A stretch of 64,000 nucleotides of DNA from Isurus oxyrinchus (lineage: Eukaryota), in contig JANJGN010000557.1 in NCBI GenBank assembly GCA_026770705.1, positions 186,001-250,000 of the forward strand, written 5' to 3'. The notes beneath the pieces are model-generated. The model worked only from the letters and a program-made list of their open reading frames with translations, was not told where the DNA came from and searched no databases. Below are positions 49,159 through 61,582 of this stretch, in pieces. The position numbers and the translations under genes were made by a program. Within the stretch, counting starts at the first letter, position 1; every line of letters starts with the position of its first letter.

Positions 49159-50039
49159 CTGGGGAGAGAAATATCAATATTTAACTCTGGATGTTTTTTC
49201 GATCCACTAGACTTGATATCTACTCCCTCCATCACTAGGGCACAGTGGCTGCAGTGTGGACCATCTACAGGACACACAAGGAAATCCCCAAGGTTTCACA
49301 ATGGATGGAAGAGAATCCTGGACACAGGAGTGGACTAGTTGATTCTACATTGGCTCATGGTCCTCAGGACCCTGTTTAGTTTTTTCAAATTACTCATTCA
49401 TATCATTTATTACCCATCCCATGTCTATCAGAGGTATTTAAGATTCAACCACATTGCTGTGGGTTTGGAGTGACATGTCGGCCAGACTGGGTAAGGGTGG
49501 CAGATTTCCTTCCCTATAGGTGATCAGTGAACCAGGCTTTTTAATCCCATTCATCTGCCGTGATGGGATTCACATCCAGGGCCCCAGAGCATCACCCTGG
49601 GCCTCTGGAATACTAGCCCAGTGACAATACCTCTCTGCTACCGCTTCCCCTTAGTGAAGCCAGTCTTCCACCCAACACAGTGTCAACAAGACCCACCAAT
49701 TGAGATCCATTCAGTGCTGATTTACAAGACAGGACAATGGATTAGGAGCCCTCAGAACTCCCCCCATTATCACCGTCATGAATCACTAATTAGCCAAACA
49801 TTCCTGTCTGCTCTTCAACACAGCTGATTGGCTAATCTGATTCAATCTGATTGGTGTTCATTCCCTCTTCAATGTTTAAGGAATCACCAATCACTCGGCC
49901 TCTAGTTATTCTCCTGCCCGCAAGAGTGAAAATTCTTTGTCTACCCAGTCAATCAAAACCTTTCATCTAAACCTAGTGGTGCTTGAGTATATAGTCGGGA
50001 ATCCAGGGCAATGGAGCCTCAGGAGAAGAGATGGAAACC

Positions 50040-50513
50040 CTGTGAGGTGGAACGTCACTGAGGCCATCCGAGTTGAAGCAACTTTTGGAGAGAATTCCAA
50101 GGCAAGATCTTCGAAGTTGAAGATTGGAATCCCTCATGAGAGAAATAGAGTTTCAGTGAGATTGGTTGACTGACAGTGTTCACTGATGTCCGGGTGGGTT
50201 GTTGTGAAATCCATGGGATCTGTCTTGGTCGCGTTTACAATTTAATGAGTAATGTGGCTGTGAGACCACAGTTTGTCTGTTAATTCACATGAGCTCATAT
50301 TAACCCAGAATGTTAGGGTATAAGGTGGATATTGTAAATTATTTTATCTTTCTGAGCTGGTGCAGTAAAGTTTATTTTTGTTTGTTTAAAAGCCATGGAA
50401 ACTCTGTTTCTCTCATGAGGGATACCAATCTTCAACTTCGTACATCCTGCCTTGGAATTCTCTCCAAAAGTCGCTTCAACTCGGATGGCCTCAGTGACGT
50501 TCCACCTCACAGG
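50040..50513. repeat. Intronic inverted repeat (arms about 50040-50155 and 50398-50513)
   Basis: TGTGAGGTGGAACGTCACTGAGGCCATCCGAGTTGAAG is mirrored by CTTCAACTCGGATGGCCTCAGTGACGTTCCACCTCACA. Confidence 0.88.
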
Positions 50514-50634
50514 AATCTTGTAGCTTTATTCTCTTCGCAGGCGTCTTAAATCTCAAACCTCGTCTCCTTGAAACAAAACATTACTTGTTCTTAACTGTAA
50601 ATTACCAAAAAAAATTGGGTGTCTGTTCCTCCAT

Positions 50635-51690
50635 CAGCAACTCTTCAGAATCCTGCTGAAGTCACGGATATTTCAGAAGGACAGGGAACAAGAGGTTTCT
50701 GGTATCAGCGTTTTGTGTGGGGCCCAGTTCAGTTTGAACAAATAAACAACACCATCTTTGAAAGTCATGAACCCACCACAGCGGCACCTCCGACACATGC
50801 AGAGCTCAGGCGAGAGGCGCTTTGTTAGTGTGTTTCACAGTGTCTGCTGGAGTAGGGTCAGTGCTGAGCTTGGGGACAAGTCAGTCTACAATGCTGCATC
50901 GGAATCAACAATACAACAATATGGGGTTTGGATCAGAAATAATCCCTTAGACAATGAGGATCCAAAGAGATTCCTTAGACAATGAAGATCCAAAAAGAGG
51001 AACAACGTTGCTATGAGTCTGGAGTCACATGTAGGCCAGACCAGATATTGACGGCAGATTTCCTTCCCTAAAGGCCATTAGTAAACCAGATGGGTGTGTA
51101 TGACAATCGATGATAGTTTCATGTTCTCCATTACTGAGACTGACTCCCATTAGTGTAAACAGAGTGAACAGTTTTCCATTGATCCCACCTTTCCCGTTCT
51201 CTCCGGTATTTTACACACTATTGCTCGATAATTTGATTCTGCCAAGGACCCCTTGGAAAATCATGGACCCCAGTTAGACAACCAATGGAATAAGGAGTCT
51301 CTTTGGATTCTCACTGCCAAAGGAATCTCTTTGGATCCTCATTGTCTAAGGAATCTCTTTGAATCCTCATTGTCTAAGGGATTATTTCTGATCCAAACCC
51401 CATATTGTTGTATTGTTGATTCCGATGCAGCATTGTAGACTGACTTGTCCCTAAGCTCAGCACTGACCCTACTCCAGCAGACACTGTGAAACACACTAAC
51501 AAAGCGCCTCTAGCCTGAGCTCTGCATGTGTCGGAGGTGCCGCTGTGGTGAGTTCATGACTTTCAAAGATGCTGTTGTCATTTTTTTGTTCAAACTGAAC
51601 TGGGCCCCACATGAAGTGTTGATACCAGAAACTTCTTGTTCCCTGTCTTTCTGAAACATCTGTGATTCAGCAGGATTCTGAAGATTTGCT
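50635..51690. repeat. Intronic inverted repeat (arms about 50635-50990 and 51325-51690)
   Basis: GATGCAGCATTGTAGACTGACTTGTCCC mirrors GGGACAAGTCAGTCTACAATGCTGCATC; similarity runs over about 350 bp. Confidence 0.88.
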
Positions 51691-52564
51691 GACAAGGTTC
51701 TTAAATTGTCTGATTGTTGAATGATACAACACAGGAGGAGCTCATTTGACCCATCGTGCATGTGCTGGCTCTTTCCCAATTCCTCTCCAGCACCTTTCAC
51801 ACAGCCCTGCAAATTTCCCTTCAAGTATTTATCCAGTTCCCCTTCTGAAAGTTCCTGTTGAATCTGCTTCCACCGCCCTTTCAGGCAGTGAGTCAATGGT
51901 CTCTCTCTGAGCTGCAAAGTGCTCAGATTCTGTGAAATTTAAACTCTGCAGCAGGTCAGAGACACTCATGATAACTCGGAATATTTGACAGAATTACACA
52001 CAAACGGCTTTATCTTCTTCTCTCTTTCAGTTATCTTGCTCCCTTATTGAAGTATCTAGCAAGGTGAGAATGGACAGGAAGTGTGACACTGAACAGCCTG
52101 TCTATTCTAGGAGCTGCTGTGCTGTCTTCATGGACAATTTTGAATACAGGCAGCAAAGAACAAAAATTTCAGGCCATTGCTATTGGAGACCTCACATTAG
52201 GATAGGCTTCATCCGCCAGTATTTATCTCTGCTTCTCTACTCAACCCATCAATCCCCATCGCTCACTGACCAACGTCCGACAGCACCTGAATTTTAAGAT
52301 TCTGCTCTAGCTGCTACAAACCTGCCTATCCCTGTACACCCCTCCAGCCCCTACAACCCTGCAAGACCTCTGCTGTCCTCCAATTCTGCTGTCAGACAGG
52401 GAGTCAGTGTATATCAGTGAGCACAGGGGTGATGGATGAATGGGACTTGGTGTGAGTTTGTACACTGGATCACTGCTGAATCAGTTCCCTATCAGAGCTC
52501 AATAAGAATGATCTTTTACAAAGACTATTAGCCATAAATCTGTCTGAGCTGACGATGGTATTAC

Positions 52565-52604
52565 CTTGGAGAAGTGACAGGAGGAAGTAAGATTTCCCGA
52601 TCAT
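52565..52604 (-). CDS. Gene A signal-peptide exon (start codon)
   Basis: MIGKSYFLLSLLQ G|gtaat; 40 nt, phase 1. Confidence 0.85.
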
Positions 52605-53037
52605 TGTCCACTCCCAGATATTTCCTCAGCTTCTAGCTCTGAAGTTCTGAAAGAGAAAGGAGTTAATGAGACTTCACCTCTTGTCCGAATGCTCTTGAGA
52701 GATCAGAAATGCTTTTAGACAATATCTTCACAGACTAATTTGATTCTCTGTGGGATGATTGGTGCTCTGCAGAGAGTTACAAGGCTTTCAGAAAGAAAAA
52801 CAATGAAGGACTTGCATTTCTATAGCCGCTTTCACCACCTCAGGGCATCCCCAAGCTCATGTCCCTTGAGCTAGAAAGATGTTCTGTACAACAGACTTGA
52901 GCCTCACACCCAGATCTCAATAATCAGTAGAAATCTTTCAAAGGCATCGATCATTGGAATCTGTCTTTATAAAGTCACAACATCAACAAAGGACGGTGTT
53001 GGTGGTGGAAGTGAATTCCAATCGTTCCGTTACTTAC

Positions 53038-53180
53038 CCAGGACCTGTCCGACTGCTCGCCTGGGGAGGAACTGCCCACACGCTCTGCTTGGGCTGAATA
53101 ACCTCATCCTGTGCTGCTCCCTCTGTGTATTTAATTAGAAAGGGCTGATGTGTCACTGTGAGACAAAATGAGGAAGTTGG
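53038..53180 (-). promoter_or_regulatory. Putative gene A promoter and non-coding first exon, with ETS/PU.1-type site
   Basis: Strong donor TGG|gtaagta at 53038, AT-rich TTCTAATTAAA, and AAAATGAGGAAGT at 53165-53177; all conserved in gene C. Confidence 0.55.
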
Positions 53181-53299
53181 AACAAAGTGAGTGAACAGCA
53201 CTTTGCTGTGCACTGTCAGTAAACCCTGTGTCTGTATAAGAATATAAGAACAGAACAAGTAGGATCAGCTGGACACCCTGACATTTTCATTCCTTATAT

Positions 53300-56220
53300 T
53301 CCATCCACTCATTTTTTTATCCCTTCACTGAAACTATTATTCTCCCTCTGCAGCCTCTTTGTGTCCTCCTCACAACTTGCTTTCCTGCCCAGCTTATATA
53401 TTTCCTACCTATCTTCACCACACAGTCAGAAAATCTGCCTACAGTACAGTCAGTCTCTTCATCCAAGTCACTAATGTAGATTGTGACTAGTTGAGGCCTC
53501 AGCACTGATCCCTGTGGCTCTCCACTAGTTACAGTTTACCAAGCTGAAAATCACCCATTTATCCTGGCTGTCTGTTTCCTGTCAGTTAGCCAGTCCTCTA
53601 TCCATATTAATATATTACCCCCAACACCATCCAATTTCACCCTGTGCAGTATCCTTTGATGTGGCAACTTATCAAAAGCCTTTTGGAAATCCAGTGTCAT
53701 GAAGAGATATTTGTGTGTAAAATATGCTTGGAAATTATTATTTAAAATAGAATTCTAGTGGTGGTCCATGTATAGGGGTGTGTCTGTGTGTGTCATAATT
53801 GGATTAAAGCCAGCTGCTCTGTGTGCTTTGATGTTTAGTAGTTTTGAGATGTTAATTGGGTGAATTGTGAGGAGAACAGTAAAGTGTTCATTTGCAATTG
53901 TTGAATAAACCATTCCAGACAGGGGGTAAAATCTTGCACCTTGTTAGAAGAATCCAAGAGATGTGTTTTTTCTTAAACTTACTAATGAAATTGGTGCTGT
54001 GAAAGGGGCTTTTATTGTTCGAAGAGCTGGAGTTCATAAGTCCGAGTGATACAATGGAAAATTTACATTCAAAGGGAAAGCTAGCTATATAAAGGAAGGA
54101 GTTTGTGTGTGTGAGGCAGGAGCATTTCAGACTTAACCAGCCTGTAGCCTCCAACCAACTTGCAAAGGAACCTCATTTGGAATTCGGAATGTCAAATGTG
54201 CTTTGCCTGGTGTCTATATTATGTCAATGGTTCACTGTTGTCTTAGTAGAGATTTACGTGGGGGTGATTAATTGGGGGATTTGTTAAAAAGTTTTTATAG
54301 TAGTTAGTGTAGCCAATGTGTATATGTTAATTTTTGTTGTTAAGTTAATAAATGGTCTATTTAGTTTTATATAAAAAAACCCAAAATCCTCGGTGGTCTA
54401 ATTCCTACTGAATTCAAAGTCTTCATCTCGAAATTACAAACAGCAAAATTGGGTTATGACAGTTGTTTCAATTTTCCCTCTGTGATTTGAACAACTCAGC
54501 CTTTACCCTTGGCTGTGTCATAGTCCCTAATACACCACATCTACAGATTCCCCTTTATCCAATCCACTTGTTACATCCTCGAGGAAATCTAATTATTTTT
54601 CAAACATGATATCCCTTTCACAAACCCATGTTGACTCTGTCTGATTGAATTATGGTTTTCTAAACGTCCTGCTGCTCCCTCCTTCATAATGAATTCTGGT
54701 ATTTTTCCATGACAGATATTAGACTAACTGACCTGTAAATTCTTGCTTTCTGCCTCCTCCCTTTATTGAACAGACGTGTTTCATTTATGTTTTTCCAATG
54801 CGCTGGGACCTTCCCATAATCTAAGGAATTCTGAAAGATTACAACCAATGCATCCACCGTCTCTGCAGCCATTTCCTTTCAGACCCTCACATTCAGGCCG
54901 TCTGCTCCATGGAACTTGTCAGCATTTGTCTCATTAGTTTTCTTAATACTTTTTCTCTGGTGATAGTGATTGTTTTATGTTCCTCCCTCCTTGTTGCACC
55001 GTGAATTTCTCCTGCTATTGGGATGGTTTTAGAGATTTTTACTGTGAAGACAGACACAAAATTCTTGTTGAAAGTCTCTGTCATTTCCTTGTTTCCCATT
55101 ATTAATTCCCCAGTCTGATTTTCTATATGTCCCATTATTACTGTAGCTTCTCTCTTATCTTAATGTACAACATCTCACTGTCATTGTTCATGGTTCTTGC
55201 TAGTTTACTCTCATATCATCATTTCTGCCTCCTTATATTTCTCCCCTCACTTTTCTGGTTTCTCAAATATTCCCAATCTCCAGCCTATCACTAAGCATCC
55301 CAACATTGGCGGCTTTATCTCACAATTGGATACCGTCCTTAGCTTCCTGAGTTAGCCGCCGATGCTCCATCCTTCTTATAGATTCTTTCTTTCTAACTGG
55401 AAAATATCTTCATTGGAATTTATGAAAGATCTCTTTAGATGCCTGTTACTCCTCATCTACACCCCCTCCCCCCACTTTAACCTGCTGTCCCACTCCACTT
55501 GGGCCGACTCTACCTTTAACCCTTGTAATTGCCTTTAGTTAAGTTTATGACACTAGCTTCAGAACCAAGTTTCCAAATTGAATATTAAATTTCAACACCG
55601 TATGATTACTCTTCCCTTGAGGGTCCTTTACAATGAGATGTTAATTAGTCTTGTCTCATTAAACATTGCCAGGTCTAAAACAGCCTCTACCCTGGTTGGT
55701 TCCATGTTGGATTGTTGTAAAATACTGTCCTGAATACAATCTGTATAACCTCGCTGAAAGCTACATTTGCTAATCTGATTTGTCTAATCCATATGACGAT
55801 TGAAAACTCCCATGATTAATGTGGTGCCTTTCTCACAGACCTCCTGATGTATTGATTTATAATCTACCCCTGCAGTGTAACTACTATCAGGGGGGAGTAT
55901 AAACCAACCCACCAGTGATTTCTTTCCCTTGCAATTCCTTATGTTCACCCAAACTGACTGTGCATCTTGACATCTGAGCCAAGATCATTTCTCACTATTT
56001 TACAGGTCTCATCTTTTATTAACAGAGCTACCCCACCTCCTTTTCATTTTTCCTATCCTTTCAAAGATTCCAAATATCCTTCAATTTTCAATTTCCAACC
56101 TTGGTCACTTTGCAACCAACTCTCTGCAGTGTCCATCTTATCGTACCCATTAATCTCTATTTGTGCTATGACTTCATTCATTTGTTCCAACTTTATATTT
56201 TATATATTCATTCTTCCATG
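53300..56220 (-). mobile_element. Long degenerate CR1-type LINE, split by an LTR-like insertion
   Basis: Fragments LRPQLVTIYISDLDE, DALVVIFQNSLDYGKVPAHWK, GNKEMTETFNKNFVSVFT. Confidence 0.75.
53695..54523 (+). mobile_element. Solo-LTR-like element
   Basis: Begins TGTCATGAA and ends TGTGTCATA; interrupts the CR1; same family as 58148-58904 and 27088-27394 (reverse). Confidence 0.62.
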
Positions 56221-57343
56221 GGAAGTGGGCATCACTGGCTAGGCCAGCATTTATGGCCCATCCTTAATTACCTTGAGAAGGTGGTGGTGAGCTGCCTTCC
56301 GGACCCTCTGCACTCCATGTGGTGTAGGTACACCCACAATGCAGTTAGAGAAGGAAGTCCAAGATTTTGACCCTAGTGGCAGTGAAGGGACGGCGATATA
56401 TTTCAAAATCAGGATGATGTGTGGCTTGGAGGCGAACTTCCAGGTGGTGGTGTCTGGGCATTTCAATCCCTTGTGACAATAAATGTAATATTATAGAAAA
56501 TGCAAAGGCTTCTTGTAATCTATCACAGAATAAACAAGTTGCAGAATTCAGAAAGCACTTTCTGAAATGTTAACAAGGTTCAGTGACATCACATTTCTGC
56601 TAATTACTATTCGGCCATGTTGGCTGCACGCAGTCAGGCAGTCCCTCGGTTGTGATGTGTCCACACAGCAGTACTGGGATGCATCAGCATCAAAGGACAT
56701 GCTTAGTTGTTGCCGTGCAATGCATTTATTGCGAGGCTGTTGCACACACGCCCTGTCGATGGACCCTCCGAATTACCATTCTGAATCGAGGCAAATCAAC
56801 TTTCCTGCAACAACTTGCATTTATATGGCACACTTAATGTAACAAACTGTCCCAAATCTCTTCAGGGGATTGTTACCTACATATAAATCCATCTCTGAGA
56901 CACATAATGAAGTATTAGGGACAGGTGACAAAAAGCTGATTTCACAAAGCCAGTTAATNNNNNNNNNNNNNNNNNNNNNNNNNNNNNNNNNNNNNNNNNN
57001 NNNNNNNNNNNNNNNNNNNNNNNNNNNNNNNNNNNNNNNNNNNNNNNNNNNNNNNNNNNNNNNNNNNNNNNNNNNNNNNNNNNNNNNNNNNNNNNNNNNN
57101 NNNNNNNNNNNNNNNNNNNNNNNNNNNNNNNNNNNNNNNNNNNNACTGAATCTCTGTCCCCAATGACTCAGCATCAAGTCGTCACTGGGGAAACATTTCA
57201 TTCCAAACCACACCAACCACAGACCCATTCAGTCCCTTCCTCCCTCTCTCCCCCTCTCCCCCAGTGGGTTGTCTCATGTTCCCAAGAATCTTCATCCCTG
57301 CCACCATCCACAAACCTCCTGACCCCCTCTCCCTTTTTCACGC

Positions 57344-57592
57344 TCAGTTTCTCTTGAATCTGATCTGTGCGTATTCCGTCTCCTCTTCCCTGTGGACAGA
57401 CCCATCACCACTGGGCACCCTGAAGACTTGGGGATTGGCGTAGAGAAACTCGTCGGGATTGTCGGGGTTCCCATGACCAACATCGCCTCCCACTGCACAT
57501 TCAGAGAGACCCCGGGGAGCTGGGGTCTCCCCCTCGCTAGTTGTGTCTCTGGTTGTGTCCCGGGGCTCAGTAATCAGCACGTTCTGTTTACC
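57344..57592 (-). CDS. Orphan terminal cytoplasmic exon copy 2 (FLYANP, TEYAQI)
   Basis: 249 nt open to the stop, same acceptor as the gene A last exon; parent gene not seen in window. Confidence 0.65.
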   Translation of the reverse strand, partial: GKQNVLITEPRDTTRDTTSEGETPAPRGLSECAVGGDVGHGNPDNPDEFLYANPQVFRVPSGDGSVHREEETEYAQIRFKRN

Positions 57593-57737
57593 CTACAGAG
57601 AAATGGAAACAGAAGACATCCTCACATCATTTACTGGCACTGATAGGGTTAAATTATTCTGCAGCCTCGTTAGTATCAGTCGTGGGTCAGTGGGTTTAAC
57701 CCTCTCTCACATGTCTTATGAAAGAAAACACCTATGG

Positions 57738-58020
57738 CAGTGCAGTGCTCCCTCAGTACTGACCCTTCGATAGTGCAGCACTTCCTCAATGCTGACCATC
57801 CAACAGTGCAGCACTCCCTCAGTACTGACCCTCCGACAGTGCAGCGCTCCCTCAGTACTGACCCTCCAACAGTGCAGCGCTCCCTCAGTACTGACCCTCC
57901 GACAGTACAGGTCTTCCTCAGTACTGACCCTCTGACAGTGCAACACTCCCTCAGTACTGACCCTCTGACAGTGCAGCACTCCCTCAGTACTGACCCTCTG
58001 TCAGTCTCGCACTCCCTCGG
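57738..58020. repeat. 33-bp minisatellite
   Basis: About 8 units. Confidence 0.88.
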
Positions 58021-58147
58021 TAATGGCTCTGGCGAGTGTCGGCTTGGATTCTGCACTCAGGTGCCTGGTGTGAGGCTCAATAACATGAATCTTGTAATCA
58101 GAGAGAGGATGAGAGAGAGAGAGAGAGATGAAGGGTCAGAGACAGAG

Positions 58148-58904
58148 CGTTATGAATCTATTAATGTATGTATTGTAATTGGAAATTGTCTTTTTAAACA
58201 GAGGTTTAGTCTGTGGGTGTGTGTGTGTGTGTTTTAATTGGATTAAAGCCAGCCGGTCTGGGTACTTTGATGTATAGTAGTTTTGAGATGTAAACAAAGA
58301 GGTAAAGAGGCATATTGCATTTTTAAAAGGAGGATTCAAAGCCTGGGAGTGAATTCTTAAACCAATCAATGTTTATATTACTAATAAAATTGATACTATG
58401 AAACGGGATTTATAGTTAGAAGAGATGGAGATCAAAGGTCCTGATGATACAATGAGAATTTACATTCAAAGAGAAGAGCTGGGTGTAACTTGAGCAGTTT
58501 TGTGTGTGCAGAGCAGAGGCTTGTAACATCAAAGCAGCTGTAAGCCTACACCTGTCTGCAAAGGAACCAAAGTGAAAGGAACCTCATTTGGAATTTGTGA
58601 GGTGAAAATGCTTCGCTTGGAATCTGCTTAAAGTCTATGGGTTGTCTTAGAGGACGTTAGTTTGGGAATTTGTTAAAAAGTTATGATAGTACTAGCTTGT
58701 AGCCATTTGCATATGATTAACTTGTGAAAATTAATAAATGTCTCATGTAGTTTGATATAAACCCATCTCAAGAACTGATGGTCTTATTCCTGAATTTAGA
58801 GCTGCATCTCAAACATTCCACTGGGAAATATAGGTTATGATAGTTGTTTAAAGTTTCCCTCTGGGATTTTAAACAACAGCCTTTACCAGTTGCTGTGTCA
58901 TAAC
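58148..58904 (+). mobile_element. Solo-LTR-like element
   Basis: (T)GTTATGAA...TCATAACA termini, near-TSD CAGAG/GAGAG, internal AATAAA; similar to 53695-54523. Confidence 0.62.
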
Positions 58905-59040
58905 AGAGAGACAGCATGGTACTGAACCATTGCTGACTTCACAGGTACAAATCAGTGGGTAATTGGGCTGGGAATCTGTGACATGTGTTGTCTACACACT
59001 GAGATTGAAGCTTTGGGGTGAGTGTAAACAGCTCCTGTAC

Positions 59041-59122
59041 CTGGTGCTTCACAGAGAGTGGACTGGGGGTCAATGCAATGTCACTGGTCCCTGAAACTCT
59101 CTCCTCCATCGCTGTCTTTCTC
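59041..59122 (-). CDS. Orphan cytoplasmic exon 1 copy
   Basis: 82 nt, RKTAMEERVSGTSDIALTPSPLSVKHQ, intact splice sites; no TM exon found upstream in window. Confidence 0.6.
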
Positions 59123-59254
59123 CTGCAATAACACAATATCACACTGTGGTTATCATATAGCTGAGAGTCAGTGCAGCACAGACACAGAGCCCACTGTAAT
59201 CTTAGACCAACGACTGGGACTGTCTCTTTAAATCAGTTCTATACAAAGCACAGA

Positions 59255-59725
59255 ATCAAGAAGCTTGACACCATCCAGGACAAAGCAGCCCGATTGATCT
59301 ACACCCCATCCCCCACATTAAACATTCACTCCCTCCACCACGAACACACAGTGGCAGCAGTGTGTGTACCATCTACAAGATGCACTGCAGCAACTCAGCA
59401 AGGCTCCTTCAACAGCACCTTCCAAACCCACGACCTCTACCATCTAGAAGGACAAGGGCAGCAGACACATGGGAACACCACCACCTGGAAGTTCCCCTCC
59501 AAGCCACTCACCATCCTGACTTGGAAATATATCATCGTTCCTTCACTGTCACTGGGTCAAAATCCTGGAACTCCCTCCCTAACAGCACTGTGGGTGTACC
59601 TACACCACATGGACTGCAGCGGGTCAAGAAGGCTGATCACCACCACCTTCTCAAGGGCAATTAGGGATGGGCATTAATGCTGGCATCACCAGTGACAGCC
59701 ACATTCGATGTAAGAATTAAAAATC
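59255..59725 (+). mobile_element. CR1/L2-superfamily LINE 3' end
   Basis: KKLDTIQDKAARLI and SWNSLPNSTVGVPTPHGLQR; same family as 30185-31236. Confidence 0.82.
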
Positions 59726-60293
59726 TCACAGCTCAATGTATTTATTGGGATCCTCCTGCACACACGCCCTGTCGAAGGAGCCTTTGTGGTTCCACTGTTA
59801 ATCGAAGCAGATCAGACTTACTGCAACTACTTGCATTTATATAGCACCTTTAATGTAGCAAAATGTCCCAAGGCTCATCCGGGAATTGTTAGTCACATCT
59901 TCACCTGACTCTGAGGCACATGAGGAGATATTAGGGACAGGAGACCAACAGCTGAGTCAACAAAGTCAGTTATTAACGGGCATCTTAAAGGAGGAGCTGG
60001 AGATAGAGAATGAGTGACAGACACAGAAAGAAAGACAGAGAGAGGGAGAGAGAGAACAAGAGAGCGAGAGAGAGAGAGAGAGACAGAGAGAGACAGTGAA
60101 TCTCTATCCCCAGTGGCTCAGCATCCAGTCCTCTCTGGAGAAGCATTTCATTCCAAACCACACCAACCGCAGCCCAATCCCATCCCTTCCTCCCTCTCTC
60201 ACCCTCTCCCCCAGTGGGTTGTTTCCTGTTCCCAGGAATCTCAATCACTACCCCCACCCCCACACCCCCTCACTCCCTCTCCCCATTTCTCAT

Positions 60294-60542
60294 TCAGTTA
60301 TGCTCGAACCTGATCTGTGCATATTCCGTCTCCTCTTCTCTGTGGACAGACCCATCATCACTGGACATCCTCAATACTTGGGGATTGGCGTAGAGAAGGC
60401 CGTTGGGATTGTCGATGTGCCAATGTCCAGCATCGCCTCCCAATGCACCTTCAGAGAGACCCCAGGGAGCTGGGGTCTCCCCCTCACTAGTTGTGTCTCT
60501 GGTTGTGTTCCGGGGCTCAGTAATCAGCACGTTCTGTTTACC
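60294..60542 (-). CDS. Orphan terminal cytoplasmic exon copy 3 (LLYANP, TEYAQI)
   Basis: 249 nt open to the stop, intact acceptor. Confidence 0.62.
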   Translation of the reverse strand, partial: GKQNVLITEPRNTTRDTTSEGETPAPWGLSEGALGGDAGHWHIDNPNGLLYANPQVLRMSSDDGSVHREEETEYAQIRFEHN

Positions 60543-60687
60543 CTACAGAGAAATGGAAACAGAAGACATCCTCACATCATTTACTGGCACTGATAGGCTT
60601 AAATTATTGAGCAGCCTCATTAGTGTCAGTCGTGTCTCAGTGGGTTTAACCCTCTCTCTCATGTCATCTGAAAGAAACCACCTATGG

Positions 60688-61362
60688 CAGTGCAGTGCTC
60701 CCTCAGTACTGACCCCCCCCCCGCCTGTGCAGCACATCCTCAATAGTGACCCTCTGTCAGTCTCGCACTCCCTCTGTACAGTGCAGCACTTCCTTAGCAC
60801 TGACCCTCTGACAGTGCAGCACTCCCTCGGAACTGACCCTCCATCAGTGCAGCGCTCACTCAGTACTGACCCTCCAACAGTGCAGCACTCCCTTAGCCCT
60901 GACCCTCTGACAGTGCAGCACTCACTCAGTACTGACCCTCCATCAGTGCAGCACTCCCTTAGCCCTGACCCTCTGACAGTGCAGCACTCCCTCACTACTG
61001 ACCCTCCAACAATGCAGCACTGCCTTAGCACTGACCCTCTGACAGTGCAGCACTCACTCAGTACTGACCCTCCAACAGTGCAGCACTCCCTTAGCCCTGA
61101 CCCTCTGACAGTGCAGCACTCCCTCAGTACTGACCCTCCAACAGTGCAGCACTCCCTTTTCACTGACCCTCTGACAGTGCAGCACTCCCTCAGTACTGAC
61201 CCTGCAACAGTGCAGCACTTCCTTAGCACTGACCCTCTGATGGTGCAGCACTCCCACATTACTGACCCTCTGACAGTGCAGCACTCACTCAGTACTGACC
61301 CCTCCAACATTGCAGCATTCCCTCTGCACTGACCCTCTGACAGTGCAGCACTCCCTCAGTAA
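60688..61362. repeat. 33-bp minisatellite
   Basis: About 19 units. Confidence 0.92.
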
Positions 61363-61582
61363 TGATACCACAGATTGTCGACATGGACCATATGGCCAGA
61401 GACCTGTATTGGGAACTCTTAGCCTGAGTTTCAGCCTCCGAGGTGAGGGGAAGGGGTCGAATCCCACGGAGCCAATGGAGAAGCTTCATGACTACAGCTG
61501 CCCAAATATGAGCTGACAGATCATCACATGGTAAACGTTTTGCTGAGAGCACAAAACATCCTCAATCTTCTCACTGGTTACC

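Noticed and set aside
32423-52604. Assigning gene A a symbol such as CD22, MAG, SIGLEC1 or CD33
   Set aside because: Domain count and tail do not match any single ortholog; a phylogeny is needed.
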